This document shows, piece after piece, positions 38,363-48,684 of a DNA stretch of 64,000 nucleotides (position 1 is its first letter; each line of letters opens with the position of its first letter). Origin of the DNA: Sterolibacterium sp. (GTDB lineage: Bacteria; Pseudomonadota; Gammaproteobacteria; Burkholderiales; Rhodocyclaceae); contig JAGOVA010000005.1 of the NCBI GenBank assembly GCA_018061005.1, forward strand, positions 13,292-77,291, in the 5' to 3' direction. Under the pieces are notes generated by a model that saw nothing but the letters and a program-made list of their open reading frames with translations, was not told where the DNA came from and did not search any database. A program made the translations under genes and the position numbers.

Positions 38363-38880
38363 AGCGGCGATTCCAGCATCACCTCGCGGTGCTATTCCTG
38401 GCACTGGGTTTGCTCACCGCACAGGGCAATCTTCTGGCCAACGAAGCCACGCCGCTAGCGGCCGACCCCATCGTGGAACAGCGCATGGTCGCCATTTCAG
38501 AAGAGTTGCGCTGCCTTGTCTGCCAGAACGAATCGCTGGCCGGTTCACGTGCTGAACTGGCGCAAGACCTGCGCCGCGAAATCCGCGACATGATCAAGGC
38601 GGGCAAGAGCAATGATGACATCATGACCTTCATGGTCGACCGCTATGGCGACTATGTGCGCTACCGCCCGCCCATGAAAGCCACCACATGGGTGCTCTGG
38701 TTCGGCCCCTTTCTGCTCCTGCTGGGCGGGCTGATCGCCTTGATAGCCTATCTGCGCCAACGGAGCGGCAACGCGATCGTCACCGCCGAAGCATGCCTGA
38801 CCGACGACGAACGGCGCGCTGCCGAAGCTCTCCTGAATACCGAGGCGGCCTGCAACCCTACCCACACACACGAAAAATGA
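38359..38880 (+). CDS. ccmH: cytochrome c maturation protein CcmH
   Basis: LRCLVCQNESLAGS CXXC motif. Confidence 0.9.
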   Translation: MKRRFQHHLAVLFLALGLLTAQGNLLANEATPLAADPIVEQRMVAISEELRCLVCQNESLAGSRAELAQDLRREIRDMIKAGKSNDDIMTFMVDRYGDYVRYRPPMKATTWVLWFGPFLLLLGGLIALIAYLRQRSGNAIVTAEACLTDDERRAAEALLNTEAACNPTHTHEK

Positions 38881-39758
38881 ATCTCCTGCCCTTCGCGGGT
38901 GCGGCCGCGCTCCTGACCCTCGCCGTACTGACCTGGCTGCTGTATCCCTTGCTCAACGCGGGACGCGAGCGCAGCACATCCGCCACACGCCGCGCCCTGA
39001 ATGCCGCGATTTATCGCGACCAACTGGCCGATCTGGAGAATGACCGCGCGCTCGGCCATCTGGCCGAAGCCGACTACGCGCAGGCACGCGACGAACTGCA
39101 ACACCGCCTGTTGCAAGACACCGCGCTGGCAGACACCGCCCCTGCTCCAGCACCCAACACGCATCCCACCCCCGCCACGCGCAGCGCGCTGCTGCTGGCC
39201 TTGTTCCTGCCGATGGCCGCAGTCGGCCTTTATCTCTGGCTCGGCCACCCCGCCGCCTTGCAACCACCCGCCGTGCGTGAGCAAATCACCTCGGCGCAGA
39301 TCGACGACATGGTGGCGCGTCTGGCCGCACGCATGGAAAAGAACCCGGATGATCTGAAAGGCTGGATGATGCTGGCGCGCTCCTACAAAGCCTTGCACCG
39401 CTACGACGATGGTGCGCGTGCCTACGAGCGCATCCTGGCACTGGGTGGCAAGGATGCCAACATCCTGGCCGACTATGCCGACCTGCTCGCCGCACGTGCC
39501 GAAGGCAAGTTTGACAAACACATGCTGGAACTGCTCGACGAAGCACTGAAACTCGACCCCGATAACACCATGGCACTGGCGCTGGCAGGCAGTGCCGCCT
39601 ACAACCGTCAGGATTTCGCCGCCACGGCGCGTTACTGGGACAAACTGCTCACCCAGTTACCAGCCGACTCGGACGAAGCGCGCTCACTGAGTGCCGCACT
39701 CGAGGAGGTTCATGCGAAACGTGGTGACAAGAAAGCCCCTGCCACACCGCGTCCCTGA
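38877..39758 (+). CDS. ccmI: cytochrome c maturation TPR protein CcmI
   Basis: From ATG 38877 (MNLLPFAGAAALLTLAVLTWLLYPLL), which overlaps the ccmH stop. TPR-like C-terminus. Confidence 0.85.
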   Translation: MNLLPFAGAAALLTLAVLTWLLYPLLNAGRERSTSATRRALNAAIYRDQLADLENDRALGHLAEADYAQARDELQHRLLQDTALADTAPAPAPNTHPTPATRSALLLALFLPMAAVGLYLWLGHPAALQPPAVREQITSAQIDDMVARLAARMEKNPDDLKGWMMLARSYKALHRYDDGARAYERILALGGKDANILADYADLLAARAEGKFDKHMLELLDEALKLDPDNTMALALAGSAAYNRQDFAATARYWDKLLTQLPADSDEARSLSAALEEVHAKRGDKKAPATPRP

Positions 39759-39801
39759 GCACACCGCACGTCATTCTAAAACCCAGTTCCGCAAAAATCC
39801 T

Positions 39802-39831
39802 ATGCCCTCCCCTTCGACAAGCGCAGGGCAT
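39802..39831. repeat. degenerate REP-like hairpin between convergent genes
   Basis: atgccct (39802-39808) / agggcat (39825-39831) flank ccttcgacaagcgc, which resembles the ttcgacaggctc core at 4276. Confidence 0.35.
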
Positions 39832-39880
39832 GAACCACTAAAACTGCGGTTTTTAGGGGCATGCATTTCGTGCATTGCCG

Positions 39881-41388
39881 TCAGGCGGGCGCCCCCGTTG
39901 AAACGGGCTCACGGACTCGATTTCCACCCGGTTACGCCCCCCTTGTTTGGCACGATACAGCGCGGCATCGGCGCGACTGATATGTGATCGGGGGCCTCCA
40001 CACCATCAAAGCGCGCCAGGCCGATACTGATGGTTACCGTCAGTTTCTGGCCATCTTCCAGCGGAATACGCAAGGCATCCACTTTCTGCCGCAAACTTTC
40101 GGCAATCCGCCGCGCCTCATCCAGATCACAACCCCACAGCACCAGCAGGAACTCCTCACCGCCCCAGCGCACAGCCAGATCAGTCGCCCGCAAATCTGCT
40201 TGTAGCTGGCGGGTTACTGCCGTCAATACACAATCGCCCAGATGGTGGCCATGACGATCATTGATCTGCTTGAAGTGGTCCACATCCACCAGCAGAAAAG
40301 AAACCGGCTTGGGCACGCGACGACAATCCGCCTGCATTTTTTCGATCAGGATGTCATAAGCATGACGATTGAGCAACCCGGTCAGTTCATCCGTCGACGC
40401 CATCTCTTCAAGACGCTGCTGGTAGCGCACCAGCGTTTTCCAGGCCAGAAACAGGATGAGCAAGGTGACCAGCACACTGATGAGCAGATTGGCGTACAGG
40501 GTTTGACGAATGCCGGACAATGCCTGCGATTCATTCTGTTCCACAAACAGATACCACTTGAGCTCAGGCAGATAATTGACATGCAGGATATGGCTGTCGC
40601 CGCCGGCCTCATATTGCCATGAGCCACTGCGCTGCTTGAGGATCGTCTCCAGCAACGCCCAGACCCGGCGCGTTGTACAGGTCGGCCGGATGCCGGCTCT
40701 GATTACCCAAAAGGACGACCTTGCCCTGTTCATCGACAAAGTAGATGGTGCGATGGTAATGCTGCTGGTATTCGCCGATCATGCGCCGCACTGAATCCAC
40801 CGTCAGGCCGACCCCCGTCGCGCCCATGTAGCGTCCGTCATGATCCAGCACGCGATAGTTGATGAAAATGGTTAGCGCGTCCGCATTGGCCAGATCCACA
40901 TCCACATTGATTTCGTAGTCGCCTTTCATGTCCCGCACCCGGTAATACCAGGCATCGCGAGGTTCATTCGGCGCCACCCGTTTAAGCACCCCCTCGCCGG
41001 TATAGTAGGTGGCACTCTGGTCTGCGACAAAAAAACTGCTGAAAGCCCCGTGACGGCGTTTGATTTCAGTCAGGTAACGCGCCACTTCACTGACATTCTT
41101 TTCACCATGCTGCACCCAGTCATGAAGAAAAGTGTCATGCGCCATGGTGGCCGAAATGAGGATGGGTCTGACCAGATCCTTCTGGATTTCCGAGTAGATA
41201 TTGCTCGAAGTGAGCGGCAGATCCTGTGCGACGATAGCCTCATGGATGGCGTTTTTCGAAACGAAATAACCAAACAGGCTGGTCGCCAGAAAGCCGGAAA
41301 ACAGCAGCAGGGCGAGTGTCGCCAACAACCGGCGGCGGTCAAAAATACGCAGGGATTTCATGGCAACAGGGGCAGCCTCATGCAGCAC
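39881..41388 (-). pseudogene. Cache-sensor diguanylate cyclase (GGDEF) disrupted by two frameshifts
   Basis: N-terminal ORF 40609-41388 (TM plus Cache-like) and ORF 39909-40739 (TM, GGEEF) join only after a 1-nt frame change near 40655-40667. The canonical C-terminus HISRADAALYRAKQGGRNRVEIES... is in another frame from about 39975, ending at 39881. Confidence 0.7.
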
Positions 41389-41410
41389 AGGTCAGCAGAC
41401 CTGCGCTGGC

Positions 41411-41602
41411 TCAATTCACATCGTAGACATACGCCTTCTGCGCCACTTTCGAAGCCTGAACCCGTTGCTGCTCGTCCAGGCTCTGCACCGCTTTGTCCCA
41501 CCACAGTTTGCGGCCGTTGAATTTCTCGGCGCGTTGTTCCGGGTGTTTTTCAAGCCACTCGCGCATGAACTGGGTGTGTTCGGAAACATAAAGCTTGCTC
41601 AT
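41411..41602 (-). CDS. small conserved hypothetical protein (DUF3460-like)
   Basis: 63 aa from ATG 41602 (MSKLYVSEHTQFMREWLEKHPEQRAEKFNGRKLWWDK...). The longer ORF-track version overlaps spoT. Family name is from memory. Confidence 0.65.
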   Translation of the reverse strand: MSKLYVSEHTQFMREWLEKHPEQRAEKFNGRKLWWDKAVQSLDEQQRVQASKVAQKAYVYDVN

Positions 41603-41618
41603 CAAATTCTCCTGAAAA

Positions 41619-43868
41619 TTATTCGCGCAATCGCGAAATCCGCATGACTTCGGGGATGCGACGCAGGCCACGCATGATGCGCGCCAAATGGCCGCGGTTT
41701 TTGACCTGCAGGGTAAATTGGAGTGCCGTATAAAGCCCTTGATCGTCGTCGATCCGCACATTCTGAATGTCCGAATCCGCTGCGGCGATGACCGCCGCCA
41801 TACGGGCAAGTGATCCCCGCCGGTTTTCTGTGACGACACGAACCCCCGTCTCGAACAGGCTATCGCCGGTTTGATCCCACTCCACCTCGATCCAATTGTC
41901 GCGTTCATGATGCGCGCGACCAATACTGCGACAATCACTGGCATGCACCGTCAAGCCCTGCCCCTTGCGGACGATGCCCACAATCGGGTCACCCGGTATC
42001 GGATGGCAGCATTTGGCCAACTGCACGGCCACTCCTTCGCTACCGTGAATGACGATCGGGCCGAGCGGCTTGCGTCGCTCAAAAGCCACCTTGGCGACAC
42101 CGGCAACGGACTCGGCTTCGGTGGCCAGGCTCCGCGCCACAATCGCCGCCATCCGCTTACCCAAGCCAATGTCCGTCAGTACTTCTTTCTTGGAGTGCGC
42201 CCCGCTACTCCGCACAAAACGCCCCCAGACCACCGTATCCACATGTTCCAGTGACAGCCCCAGGGTTTGCAAAGCCTGGCTCAACATCCGCTCGCCCAGG
42301 GCCGTCGATTCGACATTCTGGCGCACCTTGAGATAGTGGCGGATCTGCGCCCGCGCCCGGCTGCTCTTGACATAAGCGAGCCAGCCCGGATTGGGATTGG
42401 CGTGCGGCGCGCAGATGATCTCGACCTGATCGCCATTCCGCAATTCACTGCGCAATGGCTTCGGCTCGCCATTGATCCGGCAGGCCGTACAGCGGTTGCC
42501 GATATCGGTATGCACCGCGTAAGCAAAATCGACTGCGGTTGCACCGCGCGGCAGGCCGATGATCTTGCCTTTGGGCGTAAAAACAAAAACCTCGCCCGGA
42601 AACAGATCCACCTTGACGTGCTCAAGAAACTCGGAAGAAGTCCCCGAAGCCGACTGCAACTCCAGCAACGATTGCAACCATTTGTGGGTTTTCTGCTGCA
42701 GTTCGTCCAGCGTCTGCTCGTCCTTGTAGAGCCAATGCGAGGCCACGCCGGATTCGGCGACATGATGCATTTCATGTGTGCGAATCTGCACCTCAACCGG
42801 CGTACCGTACGGCCCGATCAGTGTGGTGTGCAGCGACTGGTAACCATTGGCTTTGGGGATGGCAATGTAATCCTTGAACTTGCCCGGAACCGGCTTGTAA
42901 ATACCATGCAGCGCACCCAGCGTCAGATAACAGGTCGGCTGATTATTGACGAGGACACGGAAACCATAAATATCGAACACCTGCGAGAACGTCAGGTGTT
43001 TGTCGCGCATCTTGCGATAAATGCCGTAAATATGTTTTTCACGCCCCATGACTTCTACGTCGATGCCCATTTCCGGCAGCCGACGTCGCAAGGTGTCGAG
43101 TATCTTGCCGACCACTTCCCGGCGATTGCCGCGCGCACTGCGGAGCGCTTTTTCAAGCACGCCGTAACGCATCGGATGGAAGTGGCTGAAAGACAGCTCC
43201 TGCAACTCGCGGCTCAGTGCATTCAAGCCCAGTCGATTGGCGATCGGCGCAAAAATATCGAGGGTTTCACGCGCAACACGGCGGCGTTTGTCCGGCCGTA
43301 ATGCACCCAGCGTCTGCATATTGTGCAGGCGGTCAGCCAGCTTGATGAGGATGACGCGCACATCACGCGCCATCGCCAGCAACATTTTTCGAAAGTTCTC
43401 GGCCTGCGCCTCTTCGTAAGACTGGTCTTCGAGGCGGCCAATCTTGGAAACGCCATCGACCAGTTCGGCGGTCACCTTGCCAAATTTTTCAGCAATTTCA
43501 TCTTTGCTGACCGCTGTGTCTTCCATGACATCGTGCAGGAGCGCTGCCATCACGGCCTGCGCATCCAGCCGCCAACCGGCCAGCGTATCCGCCACCGCCA
43601 GCGGGTGCGTGACATACGGCTCACCACTACTACGCAACTGGCCACGATGCGCCTGCTCACCAAAGTGAAAGGCGGCTTCGACACGTTCGACCTCGGCTAG
43701 CTCCAGATACGCGCCCAGTTTTTCGCGCAACCGGTTGAACGCAAGCTCCAGATCACTGGACAGCGCAAACGCTTCACCTTTCACAAAACCCGTAGCTGAA
43801 CTGCGCCCGGACGCAGCGGCATCGGCGCCCTCATCAGAGGCAGGCGGAGCGACGGGAGGAACGGCCAT
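41619..43868 (-). CDS. spoT: bifunctional (p)ppGpp synthetase/hydrolase
   Basis: 749 aa with HD, RelA/SpoT synthetase, TGS and ACT layout. Follows gmk-rpoZ. Confidence 0.95.
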   Translation of the reverse strand: MAVPPVAPPASDEGADAAASGRSSATGFVKGEAFALSSDLELAFNRLREKLGAYLELAEVERVEAAFHFGEQAHRGQLRSSGEPYVTHPLAVADTLAGWRLDAQAVMAALLHDVMEDTAVSKDEIAEKFGKVTAELVDGVSKIGRLEDQSYEEAQAENFRKMLLAMARDVRVILIKLADRLHNMQTLGALRPDKRRRVARETLDIFAPIANRLGLNALSRELQELSFSHFHPMRYGVLEKALRSARGNRREVVGKILDTLRRRLPEMGIDVEVMGREKHIYGIYRKMRDKHLTFSQVFDIYGFRVLVNNQPTCYLTLGALHGIYKPVPGKFKDYIAIPKANGYQSLHTTLIGPYGTPVEVQIRTHEMHHVAESGVASHWLYKDEQTLDELQQKTHKWLQSLLELQSASGTSSEFLEHVKVDLFPGEVFVFTPKGKIIGLPRGATAVDFAYAVHTDIGNRCTACRINGEPKPLRSELRNGDQVEIICAPHANPNPGWLAYVKSSRARAQIRHYLKVRQNVESTALGERMLSQALQTLGLSLEHVDTVVWGRFVRSSGAHSKKEVLTDIGLGKRMAAIVARSLATEAESVAGVAKVAFERRKPLGPIVIHGSEGVAVQLAKCCHPIPGDPIVGIVRKGQGLTVHASDCRSIGRAHHERDNWIEVEWDQTGDSLFETGVRVVTENRRGSLARMAAVIAAADSDIQNVRIDDDQGLYTALQFTLQVKNRGHLARIMRGLRRIPEVMRISRLRE

Positions 43869-43945
43869 CGAATCAGTCTATGAAGGAATCTCTTGCGATT
43901 TAAGCGGGTCGTGCCAACGTGGAAATCACGTCAGCCCACAGCACA

Positions 43946-44152
43946 TCAGGTCTGGCTACGATTGAGGATTTCCAGACCCACCTTGCCGGCAGCCACTTCA
44001 CGCAGGGCAATCACGGTCGGTTTGTCATGCTCCACATCCACCATGGGTGTGCCACCCAGCGTAAGCTGGCGCGCACGATAAGTCGCCACCAGGGTGAGCT
44101 GGAAACGGTTGGGGATCAGCTTGATGCAGTCGTCAACGGAAATACGAGCCAT
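43946..44152 (-). CDS. rpoZ: RNA polymerase omega subunit
   Basis: [30 protein letters not shown]. Confidence 0.95.
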   Translation of the reverse strand: MARISVDDCIKLIPNRFQLTLVATYRARQLTLGGTPMVDVEHDKPTVIALREVAAGKVGLEILNRSQT

Positions 44153-44155
44153 GAT

Positions 44156-44770
44156 TCAGTCCTGGAATAAAAGGGAAAACATTTCGGGATGGCGCGTCTG
44201 CTGGTTTGTCAGACGCAAGCGCGAAGCGTGCACCGCCGCTTGCAGGTCTGCAATGGCAGATTGCAGATCGTCGTTGATTATAACGTAATCAAACTCGCCG
44301 ACATGACGCATTTCGGTCAGCGCAGCCAGGGTTCGGCGGGCAATGGTTTCCGCGCTGTCGGTCGCGCGGCCACACAGCCGCCGCTCCAGTTCGGCTAACG
44401 ACGGGGGCAGGACAAAGATGCCAATCGCCTCACGGAACAAATGCCGCACCTGTTGCGCGCCCTGCCAGTCAATTTCAAGCAAGACATCATGCCCCGCCGC
44501 CAGTTGCTGCTCCAGCCACAGCCGTGAAGTGCCATAAAAATTACCATGCACCTCGGCCGATTCAAGAAACTCACTGCGCGCACGCATGGCCAGAAAAGTA
44601 TCGACATTGATGAAATGGTAGTCACGTCCATCGACCTCGCCCTGACGCGGCTGACGCGTGGTGTAGGAGACCGACAGCCGCACCCGGCCATCGCGTTTCA
44701 GCAATTCGCTCACCAGGGTCGTCTTGCCCGCACCCGAAGGTGCCGAGACAATCAACAGGTTGCCAGACAT
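44156..44770 (-). CDS. gmk: guanylate kinase
   Basis: SAPSGAGKTTL P-loop and YTTRQPRQGEVDGRDYHF. Confidence 0.95.
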   Translation of the reverse strand: MSGNLLIVSAPSGAGKTTLVSELLKRDGRVRLSVSYTTRQPRQGEVDGRDYHFINVDTFLAMRARSEFLESAEVHGNFYGTSRLWLEQQLAAGHDVLLEIDWQGAQQVRHLFREAIGIFVLPPSLAELERRLCGRATDSAETIARRTLAALTEMRHVGEFDYVIINDDLQSAIADLQAAVHASRLRLTNQQTRHPEMFSLLFQD

Positions 44771-44832
44771 GTGAGGGTTCCTTGTCGTTCATGGGTCGTT
44801 GCGGGTTCGCCATCGCTGCGTTCTGCGGCAGC

Positions 44833-46167
44833 TCAGCTAACCCCGGCCCGTTGCAGGAAGTGCCCCAGGTGCAGGTCACTCTTGGTGGTATGGTTGATCT
44901 GCCAGTCGGCCAGCATCATCCGGATGCGGAACAGCAGGTGCAGACGCTCATGTTCATGGGCGGTTTCGTGCGCTTCGATTTCCTGGCGCAAACCGGCAAA
45001 AGCGCGATCGAAAGCGGCATGCTGCTTCAGGTGATCGCGAATGAAGGGGTAATCGTAACGCTGCATCAGGTTCTCTTCAGAACTGTTGAGCAGGGCCAGA
45101 TGCTCGGCAAAACTGTTGAGTGTGGCATCGGTGCTGGTGATATCGCCATCGGCGACATGCTGCTCCAGGCGAACGATGCAGCCCAGCATTTCCTGGTGCA
45201 GGGTGTCAATCTCGCGGATGCCAATCGAATACTCTTTGCGCCAGCCGGTTTCCTTGTCCTTCTCGATCCGCGTGTCACCCCCAGCCTGCCCCAGCCGCAA
45301 GGCTTCCTTGCAACGCTCCAGATACACCCGCACCGCACGGTCATCCGGGGTAATCCGCAAACACTCCTGCAACAGTGGCTGCGCCAGATCGATGTAGCCC
45401 AGATGAAAAAACGCCAGCGCCTTTTCAAAATTGGCGAGGGTCGCCAGTTTAGCCAGGCGCAGCGGCTCCGGGTCGGCATCAAAAACCTCATACACCGACT
45501 GCGCCTGATAGCGACCCTTGATCCGCAACCGGTCGATGAAACGGATGTGATAAGCCGTTTGATCCTCCAGCGCATGAAGCGTGTTGGCACTAATGACCAG
45601 CGGGGTTCCGTAATTCTTGGTCAGTTCCTCAAGACGGGAGGCCAGATTCACCGCATCACCAATCACGGTGCTATCCATGCGGTTGTGGCCACCAACCGTG
45701 CCCATCATAACCAGCCCGGTATTGATGCCGATGCCAATCCGGATTGGCACAAACCCGGCATGCGAACGGCCAATGTTGTAGGTCGTCAGCTGATGCAGCA
45801 TGTCAATGCCCGAACGTACGGCATCATCCGCCGAGCCAGGAAACAGCGCCATGATACCATCACCGATGTATTTGTCGATGATGCCGTCATGGCGCGCCAC
45901 CACCGGCTCCATGGTGCTCAGATAAGAATTAATAAAACGGAAATTTTCCGCAGGCAGGATGGACTCCGACAGCGTTGTGAAATCACGAATATCGGAAAAC
46001 AGCAGCGTCATTTCCTGTTCGACGTGATCGCCCAATTTGACATCAACGATGCTGGGGCGGTTGAGCAAGCGCAAAAACTGCACCGGCACAAAACGGCCAT
46101 ACGCCATCTCAGCCTCACTGAGTGGCATTTGCTGCTCCGGCAAATCGTCGTCGTTCATTGCGGTCAT
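44833..46167 (-). CDS. class III adenylate/guanylate cyclase fused to a C-terminal hemerythrin-like domain
   Basis: Cyclase core (LLFSDIRDFTTLSE, KYIGDGIMALF, VIGDAVNLASRLE). C-terminal about 130 aa carry hemerythrin-type signatures (YSIGIREIDTLHQ, DHLKQHAAF, WQINHTTKSD). Confidence 0.85.
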   Translation of the reverse strand: MTAMNDDDLPEQQMPLSEAEMAYGRFVPVQFLRLLNRPSIVDVKLGDHVEQEMTLLFSDIRDFTTLSESILPAENFRFINSYLSTMEPVVARHDGIIDKYIGDGIMALFPGSADDAVRSGIDMLHQLTTYNIGRSHAGFVPIRIGIGINTGLVMMGTVGGHNRMDSTVIGDAVNLASRLEELTKNYGTPLVISANTLHALEDQTAYHIRFIDRLRIKGRYQAQSVYEVFDADPEPLRLAKLATLANFEKALAFFHLGYIDLAQPLLQECLRITPDDRAVRVYLERCKEALRLGQAGGDTRIEKDKETGWRKEYSIGIREIDTLHQEMLGCIVRLEQHVADGDITSTDATLNSFAEHLALLNSSEENLMQRYDYPFIRDHLKQHAAFDRAFAGLRQEIEAHETAHEHERLHLLFRIRMMLADWQINHTTKSDLHLGHFLQRAGVS

Positions 46168-46422
46168 CGGTTTCCAGCATAAAGCGGGTCAAAGGTGTCC
46201 AGTATAAACCCCTTGCCGCCTGTGGAAAATGTCGTGCAGATTAACGTAAATCACAAAAGCCCGAGACAGGCCGAAGTGTCGAACAGTGTCGAACGCAGCG
46301 ACAACTGGCCTGAACCCACGCCGTGGCATGCCCTGTAGTAAGATGACCGCCCCGGACTTCTGCGCCAGGCACTGACGGCGCACTCATCGCCTCCTGCTGG
46401 GAAAACCAATGACTGACACACA

Positions 46423-47718
46423 ATGATGGTTCCTCATCTGACCACCGTACTGACGGGCCCGCTGCTCGAACTCGAACGCTGTTTTCTCGACAACGAAACG
46501 AAAATCGAGCAATGGCTGCGCTCGCAATGGCTCGACCACACCCCGCCTTTCTATACCTCGGTCGATCTGCGAAATGCCGGTTTCAAACTGGCGCCGGTAG
46601 ACACCAACCTGTTTCCCGGAGGGTTCAACAACCTCAATCCGGCCTTTCTGCCGCTGTGCGTGCAGGCAGCGCAGGCTGCTGTCGAAAAACTCTGTCCCGA
46701 AGCCTGCAACCTGCTGCTGATTCCGGAAAACCACACCCGCAACCAGTTCTACCTGCAGAATGTGGCCAGCCTCACGACCATCCTGCGTCACGCGGGGCTC
46801 AATGTGCGCGTCGGCTCGCTACTGCCGGAAATCACTGCCCCCACCGTACTCGACCTGCCGGATGGCCAGCACCTGACCCTGGAACCATTGAAACGCTACG
46901 GCACCGACGGCCGACGGCTAGGGCTGGATGGCTTCGAGCCATGCACGCTGCTGCTCAATAATGATCTTTCCGCAGGGGTGCCGCCCTTGCTCGAAGGGCT
47001 GCACGAACAGTTCATCCTGCCGCCGCTGCATGCTGGCTGGCATGTGCGGCGCAAATCACATCACTTTGCGGCCTATCGCCAGGTTGCCCATGACTTTGCC
47101 GCTGCCATCGGCATCGATCCCTGGCTGATCGACCCGGGCTTTGGCGTCTGCGGCAAAATCAACTTCCACGAACGCACCGGTGAAGAATGCCTGGCCGCCA
47201 ATGTGGATAGCCTGCTGGCAAAAATCCGCACAAAATACCGTGAATATGGGGTAACTGAGCAGCCATTTGTGATCATCAAGGCAGATGCGGGAACTTATGG
47301 CATGGGCATTATGACGGTGCACGATGCCAGCGAGGTCAAAGGGCTCAATCGCAAGCAGCGCAACAAAATGGCGGTCGGCAAAGAGGGCCTGCAAGTGACC
47401 GAGGTCATCATTCAGGAAGGCGTGCCCACCTTCGAAACAGTCGATGATGGCGTCGCTGAACCGGTGATCTACATGATCGATCGTTATGTGGTGGGCGGCT
47501 TCTACCGGGTCAATGCCCAACGCGGGCGTGACGAGAACCTCAATGCACCTGGCATGCAGTTCAAGCCACTGGCTTTCAGCACCGGCTGCTCGCTACCCGA
47601 CGCGGCGCAGTCGCCCGATGCGCCACCCAACCGGTTCTATGCTTACGGCGTCGTCGCGCGCCTGGCCATGCTGGCTGCCGCACTGGAGCTGGAACAAACG
47701 GAACCCGCTGCCGAATGA
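46423..47718 (+). CDS. gshA: glutamate--cysteine ligase (proteobacterial short type)
   Basis: 431 aa (PPFYTSVDLRNAGFKLAPVDTNLFPGGFNN...). Directly precedes and overlaps gshB. Confidence 0.85.
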   Translation: MMVPHLTTVLTGPLLELERCFLDNETKIEQWLRSQWLDHTPPFYTSVDLRNAGFKLAPVDTNLFPGGFNNLNPAFLPLCVQAAQAAVEKLCPEACNLLLIPENHTRNQFYLQNVASLTTILRHAGLNVRVGSLLPEITAPTVLDLPDGQHLTLEPLKRYGTDGRRLGLDGFEPCTLLLNNDLSAGVPPLLEGLHEQFILPPLHAGWHVRRKSHHFAAYRQVAHDFAAAIGIDPWLIDPGFGVCGKINFHERTGEECLAANVDSLLAKIRTKYREYGVTEQPFVIIKADAGTYGMGIMTVHDASEVKGLNRKQRNKMAVGKEGLQVTEVIIQEGVPTFETVDDGVAEPVIYMIDRYVVGGFYRVNAQRGRDENLNAPGMQFKPLAFSTGCSLPDAAQSPDAPPNRFYAYGVVARLAMLAAALELEQTEPAAE

Positions 47719-48674
47719 AGCTGGCTTTCATCATCGACCCGCCCGATACGCTGAAGCCACACAAGGACTCCAGCATCGCCATGATGCGCGAGGCCGCACG
47801 GCGCGGCCATGAAGTGCATATCATGCTGCGCGACAGCCTGCTCTGGCGTGATGGCGAGACCCGCGCCACGGCGCGCCACCTGACGCTGACGGCGGCCACA
47901 TCCAGCCAGTGCTGGTATGTCGAAGCTGAGCCACAGCAGGCTCCGCTGCGTGTCTTCGATGCCGTGGTGATGCGTCAGGATCCGCCTTTCGATTTTGAAT
48001 ACATCACCGCAACCTGGCTACTGGAACGTGCGGCGAGCGAAGGGGCGCGAATTTTCAACGACCCGCGCGCCATTCGTGATCACAACGAAAAAATTGCCAT
48101 CACCGGCTTTCCGCAATTCACCGCACCAACCCTGGTGAGCCGCGCCGCCAACGATCTTGATGCGTTCATCGACGAACTGGGCGATGTCATTCTCAAGCCG
48201 CTCGATGGCATGGGCGGCAGCTCGATTTTCCGTGTCCGCCACGACGATCCCAATCGTAATGTGATCATTGAAACCCTGACTGACCACGGCCAGCGCAGCA
48301 TTATGGCGCAACGCTATCTGCCGCAGATCAGCGAAGGTGACAAACGCATACTGCTGATTGATGGTCACCCCGTACCCTACTGCCTGGCGCGCATCCCCAA
48401 AGCAGGCGAAAGCCGGGGCAATCTGGCGGCCGGTGGCCATGGCGTGGCGCGCCCCCTGTCGGCTCGCGACCGCGAAATCGCCGAGACGATCGGCCCTCTC
48501 CTCGCCGCACGTGGCCTGCTGCTGGTGGGGCTAGATGTCATCGGTGAGCACCTGACTGAAATCAACGTCACCAGCCCAACCTGCTTCGTTGAGATCACGC
48601 AGCAAACCGGTTGCGCTGTGGCTGCATTGTTTATCGATGCGCTGGAACGCGCGGCCTGTCGGCACGTTCCTTGA
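47715..48674 (+). CDS. gshB: glutathione synthetase
   Basis: MKLAFIIDPPDTLKPHKDSSIAMMREAARRGHEV with an ATP-grasp C-terminal half. Confidence 0.95.
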   Translation: MKLAFIIDPPDTLKPHKDSSIAMMREAARRGHEVHIMLRDSLLWRDGETRATARHLTLTAATSSQCWYVEAEPQQAPLRVFDAVVMRQDPPFDFEYITATWLLERAASEGARIFNDPRAIRDHNEKIAITGFPQFTAPTLVSRAANDLDAFIDELGDVILKPLDGMGGSSIFRVRHDDPNRNVIIETLTDHGQRSIMAQRYLPQISEGDKRILLIDGHPVPYCLARIPKAGESRGNLAAGGHGVARPLSARDREIAETIGPLLAARGLLLVGLDVIGEHLTEINVTSPTCFVEITQQTGCAVAALFIDALERAACRHVP

Positions 48675-48684
48675 GGCTTGCCGG

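Noticed and set aside
42267-43301. 344-aa plus-strand ORF
   Set aside because: It is antisense to spoT, which is unambiguous.
44740-46182. 480-aa plus-strand ORF, the longest unexplained ORF in the track
   Set aside because: It is antisense to the cyclase-hemerythrin gene, whose frame carries clear catalytic motifs. This frame has none.
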